This document shows, in pieces, positions 38,085 to 53,355 of a stretch of DNA of 64,000 nucleotides. A program made the position numbers and the translations under genes. Source of the stretch: Octopus vulgaris (lineage: Eukaryota); assembly GCA_951406725.2 (NCBI GenBank), contig OX597820.1, positions 48,360,001 to 48,424,000 on the forward strand, in the 5' to 3' direction. Each line of letters opens with the position of its first letter. Position 1 is the first letter of the stretch. Under the pieces are notes generated by a model. That model had not been told where the DNA came from and ran no database searches. It saw only the letters and a list, made by a program, of their open reading frames with translations.

Positions 38085-38204
38085 CCAGATATGCATGCAT
38101 ACATGTATACATACATACATACATACATACATACACACATACATACATATATATATATATATATACATACATACATGCGTTTTCATATATAAACTCATAT
38201 ACAC

Positions 38205-38249
<45 letters not shown>

Positions 38250-38277
38250 TATATATATACATATTCATATTTATATA

Positions 38278-38592
38278 CTCTCTTACTCTTTTATACTTTT
38301 CAGTAATTTGTGTTCGTCCATGCTGAATCACCGTCTTTAGCCGAACAAATCGAACCCAGGACTTATCCTTTGTAAGCGTAGTACTAATTATCCGTCTCTT
38401 TTGCCAAACCGCTAATTTTCTGAGTCATAAACACACCAATATCGGTTTTCAAGCGATGGTGGGGGACAAACATAGACACAAAGATATACATGCATAAATA
38501 CCCCCACACACACGCACATACACATATACACCACGGGCTTTCAGTTTCCGTCTACCAAATCTACTCACAAGACCATGGTCGGCGCGAGACTA
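38278..38592 (-). mobile_element. SINE family B, truncated where the adjacent transposon fragment begins
   Basis: ttactcttttatacttttcagt...tttagccgaacaaatcgaacccaggacttat...gggctttcagtttccgtctaccaaatctactcacaag. Confidence 0.85.
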
Positions 38593-38978
38593 TATTAGAG
38601 TTGGGTGCCGTCTGTGAGAAAAACGACACTATGAGGCATTTCGCTCTGCCAGAAATTTGGAAACAAAATGCTGTACTGCATGACATTCTCGCCTGAAGCT
38701 CCAACACGAACATTTCAGAGTGTTTGGGTGTCAATCTGAGGATAGTGCAGAGGATTCGGAAAGGGTTGGGTGAGTCTAATGGTAATTACAAAGGTATGAC
38801 AGCTCTGACAACTTACTCTGATCGCTCTGATAAGAAAAGAACTCCCGAATTTGTTGGAGAGATCCACTCGATGATTGACAACGATCCCTCTAAGTCAATC
38901 ACATTCATCACCAGGGACATGGGAGTGTCTGTAATTCTTATCAGGCAGGTAGTGCATGACAACATTCGGTATTCCTAA
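38593..38978 (+). mobile_element. maT/Bmmar1-like transposase N-terminal fragment
   Basis: MRHFALPEIWKQNAVLHDILA*SSNTNISECLGVNLRIVQRIRK...RSDKKRTPEFVGEIHSMIDNDPSKSITFITRDMGVSVILIRQVVHDNIRYS (two HTH-like modules). Confidence 0.75.
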
Positions 38979-39160
38979 TACTTTAATTTTGTATTTAAAT
39001 ATTTTAAAAATCTTCTTTAAATTTAAATCATGTATATACGTGGATCCGTATGTATCGAAACATTTGTAGTGATTATTAAAAAGCTGCTTAACCATTCTTA
39101 CTCTTCCTTTTGACTCTTTTACTTTTTACTTTGTACTTTATATATATATATACGTGAATA

Positions 39161-39234
<74 letters not shown>

Positions 39235-39706
39235 AATATATATATACACGTACACCTGTCAGATAGCTATTTTCAATGGATGAATGAATGACCTAAAATC
39301 ATAGTGATGATGCGCCACACTCTGGTGGCCAATAGCGGTTTCATAAAATTAATTGCCAGAATTACGTGTTTTACATCCCGTATGAGAATTTACTTGATCA
39401 AAATATAGGCAGCTGTACTGTTACTATGAAAGAGAATAAGGGTGAGATATGGTAGCCCCATAATGTTCATTTATGATAAAATTATGCTTTCATGCTTTAT
39501 TCCGGGATACTGTCAGAATGTTGTATTTACATGCACAGAATGATACATCTTTCCTTGCCAAACCACTAAAAAAAACGTATCTCAGTAAGCCTATCACGGA
39601 ACATTCTGATGCTCTTCTCCAAAAATGTTTTGTAAATAAAAAAATGAATGTGTGTTATAAGAGAGCAGCTCCTATACACCGGCATATACATACATACGTA
39701 CGTACA

Positions 39707-39742
<36 letters not shown>

Positions 39743-39985
39743 TATATATACATATATACGTGCATACATGCATACATTTACATATATATATATATATGTA
39801 TACACTCACACGGTCACACACATATATATAAAACTGTGTTTATGTATAATAAACGTGTATATAAATACTCAACCATATTTATTTATATAAACATCTACAT
39901 ATACACACACTTATTTATATGAACATATCTATCTCTCTGTCGATCTGTCCGTCTTTATGTCTGTCTACCTCTGTCTGTCTGTCTG

Positions 39986-40050
<65 letters not shown>

Positions 40051-41832
40051 GTATATGTGTATGTATTTATTTTGTCCATTCATGTAGACACTCTCATCTA
40101 TATCTAGTTTGTATTATCTATCCTTCTTGAGTGGAACTGGATTTGATACATGACCTCCACAGTTCATAGCGTTATTACAACAATTACAACATAGTGTTGG
40201 AGTAAGAAAGGAAAGAGTATTAAAAGACAAGAAAGATTAGTACGATTGAGAAGCGAAGAAGGAAGGAGAAAATTATTACAAAGAGAGATCAGGAAATGAG
40301 AGGAAGAACTAATATAAGGGGAAAGCATCAGAAACGAAGAGACGAAAGAAGGAATGCAAATAATGTGGAAGCCGGAGAGCAGAGAGAAGTGAAATGAAAG
40401 AGACTGTTGAGGTAGCCATTAATTATGGTAAAATGGCGAACTATAAACCAAATATAATTACCATGAAACAGTAAAATTTGAATGTAATTATCAAGCATCC
40501 AGCAATTAAGAAACGTTACACTACAATAAGAGGTTTGCTGTGTACGGAATTAGTTGCTAACAAACACCGTCAGATGAACTGTAATTGTGAAAGAACAAGA
40601 GGGCTATTTTTTTGTTTGCTGAAATTATTCGGAAAATGGCGGTAGATGACGAGAGCGACAGTTAAGGAATATTACAAAGAAATACATAAAAATCAATCAT
40701 AAAGACTTATCAAAAAATAAAAAGAAGCAAAAAAAAAAACAATATAAAAGCGTAACGAATGAAAAGGAGTGGAAAGAAGGAAGCTTATTTTCCTTGGACA
40801 ATACTGTTTTGTTTGAGTTCATTATTTAGAAGTGTAGACCATGACATTTATTGCCGAGTGAACAAATAACCCTTTGAACGCAAATATTGACTGTCATTTA
40901 GAAGCAGCTTTGATTGGTCTTCAAATAGCTGTCTGAGCTTTATATATTTTAATGTGGATGTGACAGAGACCGCGATAATAACTGTATCCTTTGTTCAGAA
41001 CATAAGCAAAATTGTTTTTTTTTCCCTATTGTGATGTGTAACGGAATTAACTAATATACAATACTCTGTTAATACGTAATTCATTATTTTTTTATGATTG
41101 AATCACAAGAAACATCTTTTATTATTCTTTATCAGAAGTGAAAATGTTACTGTAGCGATTCACGTAGAGAAGGATTCATTGTTCTCATATTAGCTTCCCG
41201 CCGTGCTGTAGTACAACGCAAGGCACAAAATAGAGAGCCTTTACGAGCTCCATCAACATGCTAAAAATAGCTGTCATTTCCGATACAATTTCCTCACTAA
41301 GTCTTAAACAATGAAACGAACAAAGACCGAATGACTGGCTGATGTAATTCTAGATAGACATCTAGAGAGACAGCGATTCCGCGTCTTTAATTCATTGCTT
41401 TCATCATAGCTCTCTTCGGTTGGAGTTGGCATATTGACGATGGTACATAACAACTAAACAACTACAAAACTACGAAATTCACATTCATAAAACGATAAAG
41501 GACATATTTTTACAAAGAAAGACCTATCCTGACGACACACGATCTTATTTTACGTATATATTTTGTACGCGAGACGAAACCCTATAATATGGTCAGATAT
41601 ATTCAGAATTGCGCTGTTCCAGTTTCAGTTTTAGGTTTAAAACCACGGGTGGGTGTAATCTAAACGAACAACGTAAAATGATTTGGGTGAGGGAATTGTG
41701 TATATTTATTCTGAAGATGAAAAAAAGTGCGCAAATTCTTTTGCGTAGAACATAGGTGGGTGACGAACGAAACGGTCGAGAAAACCAATTGTGTGTTCTG
41801 CAGGAGGTGGCATGATATCAATACACACGCAC

Positions 41833-41863
<31 letters not shown>

Positions 41864-42365
41864 CATGCATACATACATACAAGCATACATACATACATAC
41901 ATGCATACATACATAGATCCACGCATGAATGCATACATTCATGCATATGTAAGCACACGCATATAACATGCATACATATAAAGTAGAATAATAATGATTT
42001 GGAAAACGGGCAGATACCTTATAAGCACTCTGATATAATCCAGATCTGGCTAACCTCATGGAACAACAGGGAACATTCAGAATCGTTTAAGATAAACAAT
42101 TACAAGGCAATTCACACGATATGCAAATCCTGAGTTCGCTCCATTGGATTTTATTCAGCACACAGTATATATAATCAAGATATCATACAGAATGATGACT
42201 GATACATTTTCAAAATATACATTACGGTATTTTTCTCATTAAATTCTAATTCCAACAAATATTCATATATGTGTGTGTGTGTGAGTGTGTGCGTATGTTT
42301 ACGTATGTATGTGAATGCATGCGTGTGCGTGCGTGTGTGTAGTTGTGTGTGTGTGTGCATGATTT

Positions 42366-42440
<75 letters not shown>

Positions 42441-42829
42441 TAAAAAGATAATCTGGCCTGAATATTGTAAATGAATCCTATTCGGTTATTGGCACCTAAG
42501 GGTCATGCACTGCGAGACTGATCGTGGATTAAATTTACCAACCAAAAGACGTGAAGGACAAACAGTTTTCGTCTATCTAATTTTACTCATTAAACTTGTG
42601 GTGTCCAGACATTATGATTTAAAGCTTTTGCCAAAGCTCCCGTACGCAGATTAAACTCGCAAATTATGAAACTTGAAATCAAATTTTCCAACCACTCAGC
42701 ATGGTTATGAGCTTTCACTTTGCTTCAGATAGAGACACGTTGCTTTAATGAGCCAGTGGTATAGTTCATGCTTTTATGGCTTTAATGAAGATCTTTCTAT
42801 TCAATTTTATACTCTAGTGATTTTCTCTC

Positions 42830-44570
42830 ATTTCTCCTTCAATTATCTTATCATCCTGCAGTACTTCCAGCTATGTGTATCCTTCATTGTTCAACAGTGA
42901 TCTAACGAAGTTGTCCCGTGACTGTTTTATGGTATCAAGTTTACGTTCTGCTCTCTCTTCATAATTAGAACTGCGTATTTACTTAGCGTACACTGCATTC
43001 CAATATGTTTACTGTATATGTTTATTGTGTCTGGATTAAAAAATCCAGCTCTGTCTCATGTTTTTGTATATAGCTTGCGGACATCCATCCGATTGCAACA
43101 CTTCCCTTCCCTTTTCGACTGTATATCTCTGCATCAAGACTACCATCTCTTGACAGTATGCTTCCTAGGTAAACAAAGGTGTCAACGACTTCTAACCTTG
43201 TTCCATTCACAAAATGTTTGGTTTAAAATATGTTTGCCCTAGCACAGGAGTCAACATTACTTTGGTTTCCCCAGACTAATTGTGAATCTGAATTGTACAC
43301 ATGCAGTGAAAAATCTATCCATTAAATGTTGCCTATCCTCCTCTGTATCATCAGTGTAAAGTAATTGTCCAAAAGTATTTTGAAAGTCTTTGCTAGGCAG
43401 TTAAACCGGGTCAAATTAAAATACGACCAGATGTTCGAAATCTGATTCGATTGCTCTGTTGCAATCCTTAAAAGAATACCAAAGCAATGCAGCAAAATGA
43501 TTAGAGAAAAGTGCAGGGGCAGGAATATCTCCATGTTTAACACTGTTGTCCAATGAAAGTTCATGAGATAGCTCAACATTAAAGACTACCTGAGCTTTCA
43601 TGTTTCTGTGTGATTCCTTAAAGACGCTCACAAAATGTGTTGGGCAACCAAGTTTGCACAAAACAATCCACAGTGCCTTCAAGTTTACCTTGTCAAATAC
43701 CTTAGTTAAATCTATGAAAACCTGGTGTAGTGGCATTTGTTCCTCTAAGCATTTCCCTTGAACCTGCCTCACAGAAAATCTCATGTCTATTGTTCCTCGC
43801 TCAGGTCTGAAACCACACTGTTCTTCAGGAATAACTTGTGGACACCACAATTTCTCTACAAGACGATTTAACAAACATGATCCTTGAAAGTATTTTCCCG
43901 GTATGTATCAGGAATGTTATCCCTCTAGAATTACCACACACTGCTTTTAGGCCGTTACCATTGTATACAGAGATTAGAATGCCATTTATCCATTCTTGTG
44001 GTACTGAATATTCATTCCAAACTCGAGGTATCAAGTTGTGAATTTCAGATGAAATATGATCCCCACCAGCTTTTAGAATTTCAACTGGAATACCATCCAA
44101 TCCGAGTTTTACCTGATCTCACTTTACATAATGCCAGATTTACTTCTTCAATGGAAGATGTAGCGTTCATGTGTTGCACTATCACTCTTTGCGGAATGTT
44201 GTTTATGATATCCATGTTCACAACAGACCGATTGTAGAAAAGTTCTGTAAAGTGTTCTCTCCATCTATCCATTATTCCAGGTGGATCTATAATAACCTCA
44301 TTTCCATCTTTCGACTTTAAGGGAACATATGATGATGAAGATTGCGGTCTGCCGCAATAAACTATAGAAAGTTTCATTGTCTTTCCTGTCATAGGCTGCC
44401 TGTACTTCCTCAGAGAAATTTCTCCACCAAGTGTCTTTAAGCCTCCTGAGTTCTTTTAGCCAGTCTCTTCCTGAGACTTGTACAACTTTTCTAGTTGCAC
44501 TGTGTTTTAGTGGGTCTTTTGTTGCTAAAAGCTCATTTATCATTGTATCATTGGAATCAAACCAGAGGAG
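42830..44570 (-). mobile_element. RTE (BovB-like) LINE, decayed RT region
   Basis: WFDSND...RWREHFTELFY...DGIPVEILKAGG...RGITFL...PEEQCGFRPERGTIDM...FIDLTKVFDKV...LEVVDTFVYLGSILSRDGSLDAEI across several frames. Confidence 0.92.
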
Positions 44571-45125
44571 ACAGCATGCATACATACATTCATGCATCTC
44601 TGCCATTAATACAAGAACTGCAAGGGAAATGATTATCTTTGAGTAAATAGAGAAACAACCGTTTTAGAGAAGATCGTATCAATAATGGAACAGTGAAAGC
44701 TAGTTATTGCATACCACGTGGAAAATTACTATACATACCCCATGGCGAAGGAAAAAATTCCGGAGTCATCTGCCACAGATTGTGGAACTAACAAGATATC
44801 CAGTGAACTTTCAGACAGAGCCAAAACCTATACCAATTATAGGGAAAGGCTTGGGAAGATTCCTCGATAGACTGCCTGAAGAATGTTGGGATAAAAAATA
44901 TCAAACACTCTCAAACTTCGTTCTACCGTACATACCGACACTTGCATACATATAACATTTAGATATGTACGTCTGCGTGTATGTGTGTGTGCGTTCGTTT
45001 GGCAGAGGATACTTCTTACAAAGCGTCATTATCGAAGAGGGAGCCATGTGATCTCGAATCAAATTTCTGGTCCAAATAGACAAGTATATAGAAATGCAGT
45101 CTGTGATATATACAGAGACACAGAC

Positions 45126-45183
<58 letters not shown>

Positions 45184-46171
45184 ATATGTTTGCATACTTA
45201 CGTACATATACATACGTATACATACATATATATATATATATATGTATATACCTATGTATATATCTATATACGAGTATGTTTGAGTGTGTGTGTATAGATA
45301 AATTTAAAGAGAGTAAGGGAGAGAAAGTAGAAGAAGCAGAAACTATCTGAGTCGCAATCTTTTTAAAGCAAGTAGTTTCATGAACTGTTGCGTTAAATGT
45401 AGATCTAGATGAAATTATGAGAAAAATCCGTTTACATATATTTTGTTAAGAAGCATTGCAGGTTTGAGACTTACAGCTGTGATATGACAAAGTTACGTCT
45501 ACACCGGATTAACAATGTTAACATTACATTTGTTACTTAATGCAAGAGATAAGATATATATGCCAGATTTTCGGAGAATGGTAAATATCTGTGGAGTTGC
45601 CAAATAAGTTCATTAAAAAGAAAATTCTTTCTTGAACATAAACGGTCAAACGGCTAATAGCATTTTCGTGACACAAGTGTATCTCTATGACGTTGCAAAC
45701 ACATTTTTAACCTGAGAAATTTCCTAATACTAACGTGGAAAGAGTAAGACTCTCAAAGCTATAATATTGATTTTTTTTCGCTATCACCTACCTAGAGAAA
45801 AGAAAATATAATAAAAATACAGCAGGAAAATAAGCTTGATAATATATACACAACAGGAAACGCTGAAAAACTCTTCTAAAATAGTGGTCTGTGATAGCGT
45901 CGTACAAAGCATAAATATTCATTCAGTTGAAGTAAAAAATTGTCGACTTCCAAAGAAAATTCATAGCTTTCCTACAGATATATGGTTGATGGGATGGCTT
46001 ATTGATAAAGAACTTTGGTTTGCAATCACGCAGCTCTCGGTTCTAACACACAATAGTAGCTTAGATAAATGACTTTTCCCATTGCCTCGTATTGAACAGT
46101 ACATTTTGATTAGTGTTCGGTTAAATCATATAGAAACAAGTCATGCATTTATACAGAGATAAGTACACACA

Positions 46172-46232
<61 letters not shown>

Positions 46233-46933
46233 TGATTTGTTTCTTTCGAAAAATTATTTTACACAATTGCTTGGAATTGCTCAAGTCGAACCCGAGACGT
46301 TAGACATTATATAACTTGGTATAAGAAGAGACGTTTTATATTTATTATGAACATCAACATTATAAGTACATATAATATATAATTACATCAAGACACGAAC
46401 ATATTTGTTACGTGTTTCAAACTTGTTTAAGTTGTTTCAAACACGATAGATGATTGAAAGTATGTATTCTTAAATTTATTACTATTATTATTATTAATAT
46501 TTCACCTTTAAATTGTATATAGTGAATAATTGTTTACATGATAGATATATGTTCATTAGAGTACGGAAAAAATAAACAGGAAATTATTTCTTGCTCAAAG
46601 TCTTACAAATGAAAAAAATGATAGTTTTTTTTTGTGTTGCATATTAATTTAGAATTATGAAAAAATATATACATAAACACACAAGTAGAATTTTCATGGC
46701 CCCAGTATCAATTCCTGTGTAAATTAATCAAGTGTATTCACTCAATTTTACAAATGTTGATAACGTGCCCGGAATCTAAGAAAAGAACGCATTTAGATCT
46801 ACATATGCATGTTAAAAGCAAGTAACTTCAATGAAGTGTTTATCAGCTCTTATCAAAATGATATCACATACATTTACAAGTACATGCACGTAATTAGAAT
46901 GTTTACCCTACTCTGCCACGCATGTCGCATACG

Positions 46934-46990
<57 letters not shown>

Positions 46991-47269
46991 ATTAAATATA
47001 CAAAAGAGCTACTAATAATTTCATGCTATTATGATACTTGAACAGGCATATTTATAAAATACGCCATGTATCTTAAAGAAATCTTTCAGTCTCTGTTTAT
47101 GCGTTATATATAATTTTTTGAACAAGGAAGTGGGTCAGTGAGAAATTAAGAAAAAGCGTGGAAGATAACGTGAAGGTTGGTGCAAATAAAGGAGGGAGAA
47201 AAATGAAACGAAACCAAGAATTACGATATACATGTGTATGTGTAGGTGTGTGTGAGCACATATATATCG

Positions 47270-47445
47270 TTTCCATCATTAGACTGTCGACATGCTGGGC
47301 CACGGCCTTAAAATTTGTAGTCAAACTGATCCTCCCCAGTACATCTTTTCCCAAACAAAAAAACCCAACACTGGTTGTCAAGCTGTGGTAGCCAGAAACA
47401 TACACACACACACTCGCTCTTTCTCTCTTTCTCTCACACACACAT

Positions 47446-47521
<76 letters not shown>

Positions 47522-47690
47522 GATGTGTTTCTTGCAGTTCTGTCTACCAAATCCACTCACAAGCGTTTAATCCGCCCGGTGCTGTAATAAAAGATACTTG
47601 CCCACGATTCCACACTATTGGACTGAACTTGGTACCGTATGGTTGGAAGCAGATTTCTAACGGCACGAACACTCTTACTCCTATATGACA
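47270..47690 (-). mobile_element. SINE family B with internal (CA)n(TA)n
   Basis: gtttccatcattagactgtcgacatgctgg...tctaccaaatccactcacaagc...cttgcccacg...gactgaacttggtaccgtatggttggaagc. Confidence 0.8.
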
Positions 47691-48298
47691 CAGAATAAAT
47701 GTTTTCTAGTATGTTTATATAAATTACAACACTTGCCAAAGTGATACAAATAAGGAGAAATACAAATACTCATTTTTACTCATGAAATATGCAAGCACTT
47801 TAGATACGGAAACAAACTGCATAAATTTTAACTGTACTCTATTCCATAATATACAAACAACAACCAAACATCATTAATATAAACAGAAAAACAGTGCTAT
47901 CAACACCAACCTAAGTGGAGCATTAAAACAAGTGAAAGAAAAAAGTTGATGCATTATAATTTCTTCCGAAATTGTAGGGTAATTTCCATATTATTAGTTC
48001 AAATTCTGTAAACGTGTGGTAAAGTGTGTGTGACATTTGTTTATCAAATATATTGCCTAAAATATTTCTTTCTCTCGAGTAGTATTGGAAGAAGGAAGTA
48101 CAAGTGAAACCAATTCACGGAGCAGTTTTCGATTCCAGTATATTATAGATGAAAACTAATTCTTTGATATTCTCATATTTAGATGAGAGGGTTGCTCATT
48201 TTACTAACTAAAGATGCGAAGGAGACTTGAGGGTACTTGAATATCAGTATATTACTCTCTTCAGATCAATTAAAATGTTTTTATTTCTTTCAGCTATA

Positions 48299-49215
48299 AT
48301 GCTAACACAAAGAAATGAAATTTCATGCATTCATTGTTACTATATGTGTTGGAACATAGAAATTCAGAACTTGCCAACGTTTTAAAAGTTGCAAGATCTT
48401 TTGTACAAAATACTCAGGTGGAAGTGAGTGAAAAAGTTTGGCAGGAATTTTTCAACTGTATCCAAGAAAAAAAAACACATTCTAAATGTTCGGACCTTGT
48501 AAAGACACCGCCATTCATTTAACATATTGAAAACATGATGATCTCGTAAAATCAATTAGTTGACTAATAGGACGAGGACATTCGATAGAAGTCATATGTG
48601 GGAGAGATCAATTTCTGTCTACAAGACATGGGAAAACAGTTTGATCCGTATAAAGCAGTTACGTATGAGGTTAAAAATCCTCAAAAATTTGGTGTGTTTT
48701 GTTTCTTCTCTGATGACAAAAATTTCGACCATGACCAAAAATCTAAAAGGGAAAATGACAGATGGTTTTTATGCAGATTGTTATTATGTCCCAAGAGCGC
48801 GGCACAACTCTCATCGTTTCACAAGGTTTAAAATGTATGCTGTTCATGTGTTGGAGGTTATTGTTAAGCACTGTGAGGATGAAGTACGAAGTGGAAGGCC
48901 ATACATAGTTCAACAAAACTCCACGCCTTCTCGCAGTGCTCACGTAATCGAAGAATGGATGTGACACAATATCTACGATAATTTAATACCAGCCTTGTGG
49001 CCTACTATCTCATTATAATTTGACCCCATAGCCTACTACATTTGAAGCATTGTTGAAAGAGAGAGTAATCTAAATCCTCTTAATACCTTAAAGGCTGCCG
49101 TTAACTAGGTGATGTGCGAAGTGAATAAGGAATATGTAGTGCAAGCATGTTAGTAACTCTGGTCTTCAGTGACGCATGATGCAGTCATCGATGCTGAACG
49201 CAGATGCATGGAAGA
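48299..49215 (+). mobile_element. Decayed maT/DD37D-like mariner transposase
   Basis: NSELANVLKVARSFV...HSKCSDLVKTP...FFSDDKNFDHDQKSKRENDRW...GRPYIVQQNSTPS...LWP...IVERESN, with many stops and frameshifts. Confidence 0.8.
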
Positions 49216-49545
49216 ATTTGTCAAGAAAGCTTATGGAGATTTTTTTTATCTAAATACATTTGGCTTTCCCTAGGTTCTAGTTGCTTTATTAGATTATCAA
49301 ATATATCCTCAAATACCACTATATGAGAATTAACAGCTCAAGATATAGCGGTAATATTGTTTGGTTTCATTCATCTACGACTTACTCTGAGCTGTATTAT
49401 TATGTGGAATTCTGGATATCAGTTGATATCTAGAAAAACCATACCTCGTTGTATATTTATCAATAACGGTACGTGTGTGTAAACATACATATATACATCC
49501 GTACATAATACATAAATACATGCATGCATGTATACATACATATAT

Positions 49546-49593
<48 letters not shown>

Positions 49594-49823
49594 TTCTTTA
49601 CTACTCACAAGGGGCTAAACACAGAGGGGAGAAACAAGGACAGACAAAAGGATTAAGTCAATTATATCGACCCCAGTGCGTAACTGGTACTTAATTTATC
49701 GACCCCGAAAGGATGAAAGGCAAAGTCAACCTCGGCGGAATTTGAACTCAGAACGTAACGGCAGACGAAATACGGTTACGCATTTCGCCCGGCGTTCTAA
49801 CGTTTCTGCCAGCTCGCCGCCTT
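49594..49823 (-). mobile_element. Full-length SINE family A (alternative-tail subfamily)
   Basis: Highly similar to 14400-14628 and 11470-11700. Confidence 0.92.
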
Positions 49824-50637
49824 GAAACACACATATATATAATGAGAGAGAGAGAGAAACAGAAAGAGAGTGAGAAACAGAAAGAGAGTGAGAGAGGGTT
49901 CGCTGCAAGAATGTCACACCATAAAATGAGCAGCAGTGAAAATCCACAAGGATTCCCAACAATGAGGCGCTTGTTGTATCAAAGGTCACCATTTATCTTG
50001 ACACCTTAGAAATACTGAGTGCAACAGATCGAGAGTCTCCTGCACTTCACTTTCAGCATATGGTACAAACATTTCGCAGCTACAAGTAAAATCTAATCAT
50101 TTCAGCTAAAGGAGAAACATTAAAAATCGAGTGTATTCCCCTACACACACTCACACGTACACACGCATACACACATATATATATACATATATAATACACA
50201 CATATAAATATGTGCACACACACACATATATAATATATATACGTGTATGTGTATGTATTGTGTGTACAGGTGCGTGTGTTCGTGTACGTTCGTGTCTATA
50301 TACAATGCGTTAATTGATGCAGAAGTCATTGATAACTTAGGGTTATCGGTGTTTACACTTCATTAGGTCAATTAGGTGTACACTTGCATATATTTCAGAT
50401 TTATTGCAATCTGATAAACAACACCTATGTAAAGTATGGGCGGCTAAGATTGTGTAAAATATATGCAATGTGTGTCAGTGTGGCAAATAAGAAACATGGC
50501 CTCATACATTAGCGCCAGCAAGTCTAGATACGAACACAGGTAACTCTATATACTTAAACACACATACACTGTACTATGCTAATATACATACGTATGTATA
50601 TATGTGCTTATTCTATCAATCTGCCTCCCTATCTTTA

Positions 50638-50668
<31 letters not shown>

Positions 50669-50799
50669 TTTTGTTGTGAACTGATAATACTTATATGCCA
50701 ATAGCTAATACCGATCTAATTTACTTCAAAATAATGGTAGCAAATAACATTTTAATGGAAGTTTTCATGAATATATATATATAAACATACTTATATACT

Positions 50800-50856
<57 letters not shown>

Positions 50857-51609
50857 CATACTTCGTTTTTCACATATGTGCTTGTCTTAGACAACACTGC
50901 ATAATGTGTGTAATTGCTTGCAAACAGAAAAAATTTAGTACCAACCCATGTACAAGCACAAACGCACATAGATACACACATCTGTTTGTGCGCATATGTC
51001 TGAATACCTATATGTATATATATATATAAATATATATAGATATAGATATAGATATAGATACACACACACACACACACATACATATATATATTTATATATA
51101 TATGTAAGTGCGTATGTATACATACATATACAACAGTGCAAAATAGTTTTTATCATTAATTCATCCTTTCAGTCGTCCAACTTCGAATTATAGGCTTAAG
51201 TTCTGTAGTAGGTGCGTATGTCAGCTACACCTAATATCCACTTAGGTTTTACACTTCTTGGATCGGAACAGAAAATACCGTAAGACCTCCTACCATCACA
51301 TTCGTTCTCCTGATTTATCTCATTTGTAAAATAAGTATTTCCATTTTCATATTCCACCCTTAGATTTTCCTCTTCCCGTCCCCCATGATTACGATACAAC
51401 CTATACTGCATGCTTCTTCATTAACTGCTTCTCTCTCTCTCATCACCGCTACGTCATGTTCACCTTGAATATCAACTCTTTACCTGCAGTCATCCCTCAA
51501 TACGAGGACCTCCCTACACTCAAGTGCTTTTTTTAACCACGCACCAGTTCCTATTCCACCAGCTTCACTATTCGCTGTAGATCAGAACATACTTAACCTT
51601 ATTTCAACT

Positions 51610-51865
51610 CTGATTTAGACCCAATAGAACATATGTGGGGTGTTTCGAAAAGGATGGTTCGGGAGAAAAAATAACCCGCAACATAACACAGTTGAAAGAC
51701 ATCATCATGATGAATAGAGGTCAATTTCATTAGTTATATTGCAGAAATTTAGTTCAATCTATGCCTAGAAGACTTAATGCAGCCATTGAAAGCAAGAGCA
51801 GTCACAATATAGCGAATAATCCTATCCTTTAGGGTGTATATATTTTTGTATATATTTCGTTCATA
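51610..51865 (+). mobile_element. Inverted C-terminal piece of the adjacent Tc1 element
   Basis: DLDPIEHMWGVSKRMVREK...LVQSMPRRLNAAIESK, then TIR motif tagggtgtatatatttttgta at 51830. Confidence 0.85.
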
Positions 51866-51892
51866 TATATATATATATATACAAAAATATAT

Positions 51893-53063
51893 ATCAGGTG
51901 ACACGGTAGGCCAAGGCAATACCTTAAACTTTTAATCTGATAAAATCTTAGTCGTCATCTTTGAAGTGTGTTTAGGGACATTATCATGTTGGAACATGGT
52001 ATGTCTTCCTAGTTCCTTCATGCTTTTCAACATTGTTTTCTGCAATATGTCACAATAATGCCTTGAATCAATTATTCTCTCAATAAATGCAAGTGCTCAC
52101 TCTCCAGCTGCACTCATGCACCCCCAAAGCATGTTACTTCTACAGCCGTATTTCACGGTAGGCATGGTACATTTGTCGCTATTATCCTAACCTAGTCCTC
52201 GCCATACTTGTTTAATGCCATCTGATCCAAACAAGTTAATTTTAGTCTCGCCAGGAAAAAGAAATATATTTCAAAACTCCTCCTTACTCACAGTGGTTTC
52301 GGCAAAAGAAAGATGACTTAGCTTATACCTGGTAGTGCGGAGAGGCTTCCTATGAGGAATGCATCTATGAAGACCACACAGATTCAAACTCGGCGAACTG
52401 TTTGGGCGGATACACTCTTTCCACAAACAGAAAACACTTCTTCGGTCAAAGATGAAGCAGTAGGGCGCCTGTCGACCATCATGCAATGTTGGATGTTGCG
52501 ATTATCACGCACAATTAAAATTGAAGGACGACCTAGTCGATGTTTATTGCTTAGCTGTCCAGTACATTTGTATCTCTGAATTACTTTGGCAATTATGTTT
52601 ACGCTAATAGGTATTCGTTTGCTAATTAACTTGTACCCTAAATCATTCTTCTGCAAATTAAAAATAATTTTCTTCAAATATTCAGACAATTTTCTTTCCT
52701 TTTGGTACTATTTTACTCCAAACGAAGAAGATTTTCACCACGGTACACAAATCAGAATTCCTGAAAATGCAATAACAATGAGCGGTGCAAAAATGCCAGG
52801 AGAAATAATTTATTAGAATTGAAATTATCAGTAATATCTGAATTAGTAAAAAAAAAAAAAGTGGATAAAATATTGAATATAGCAAATTTCCATTAGGGTG
52901 TACATATTTTTGTAACGTTTGAAAATTAATTCGTTCATACAACGTTTTCATGTGTAATATATTTTATTCATTTAAAATTTCATTTGATTTCCTTCGATAT
53001 TATCAGAATAATGGCAATTTTACTGAGATTTTTTAGGGGTATACATATTTCTGTGAGATATTG
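51893..53063 (-). mobile_element. Tc1-family (DD34E) transposon, 5' part, with an IR/DR-type terminal repeat
   Basis: TA + CAATATCTCACAGAAATATGTATACCCCTA terminus, inner DR at 52894; LSEYLKKII...GYKLISK...GRPSIL...VSAQTVRR...ETKINLFGSDG...PTVKYG...WGCMSAAG...FQHDNVPKHTS...VLPWPTVSPD. Confidence 0.9.
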
Positions 53064-53077
53064 TATACATGTATATA

Positions 53078-53164
<87 letters not shown>

Positions 53165-53175
53165 ATATATGTATT

Positions 53176-53206
<31 letters not shown>

Positions 53207-53313
53207 CTAATATAGGGTAAAATTTTTCGAAAAAATTTTATCAATGGCCAGCATATTAAAAAATACCTTTAAAGGTTAAATTTATATATATTTATATATA
53301 TATTCATATATAT

Positions 53314-53355
<42 letters not shown>

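Noticed and set aside
44660-44955. ORF containing GLGRFLDRLPEE, resembling a LINE C-terminus
   Set aside because: A single short motif is not enough to assign a family
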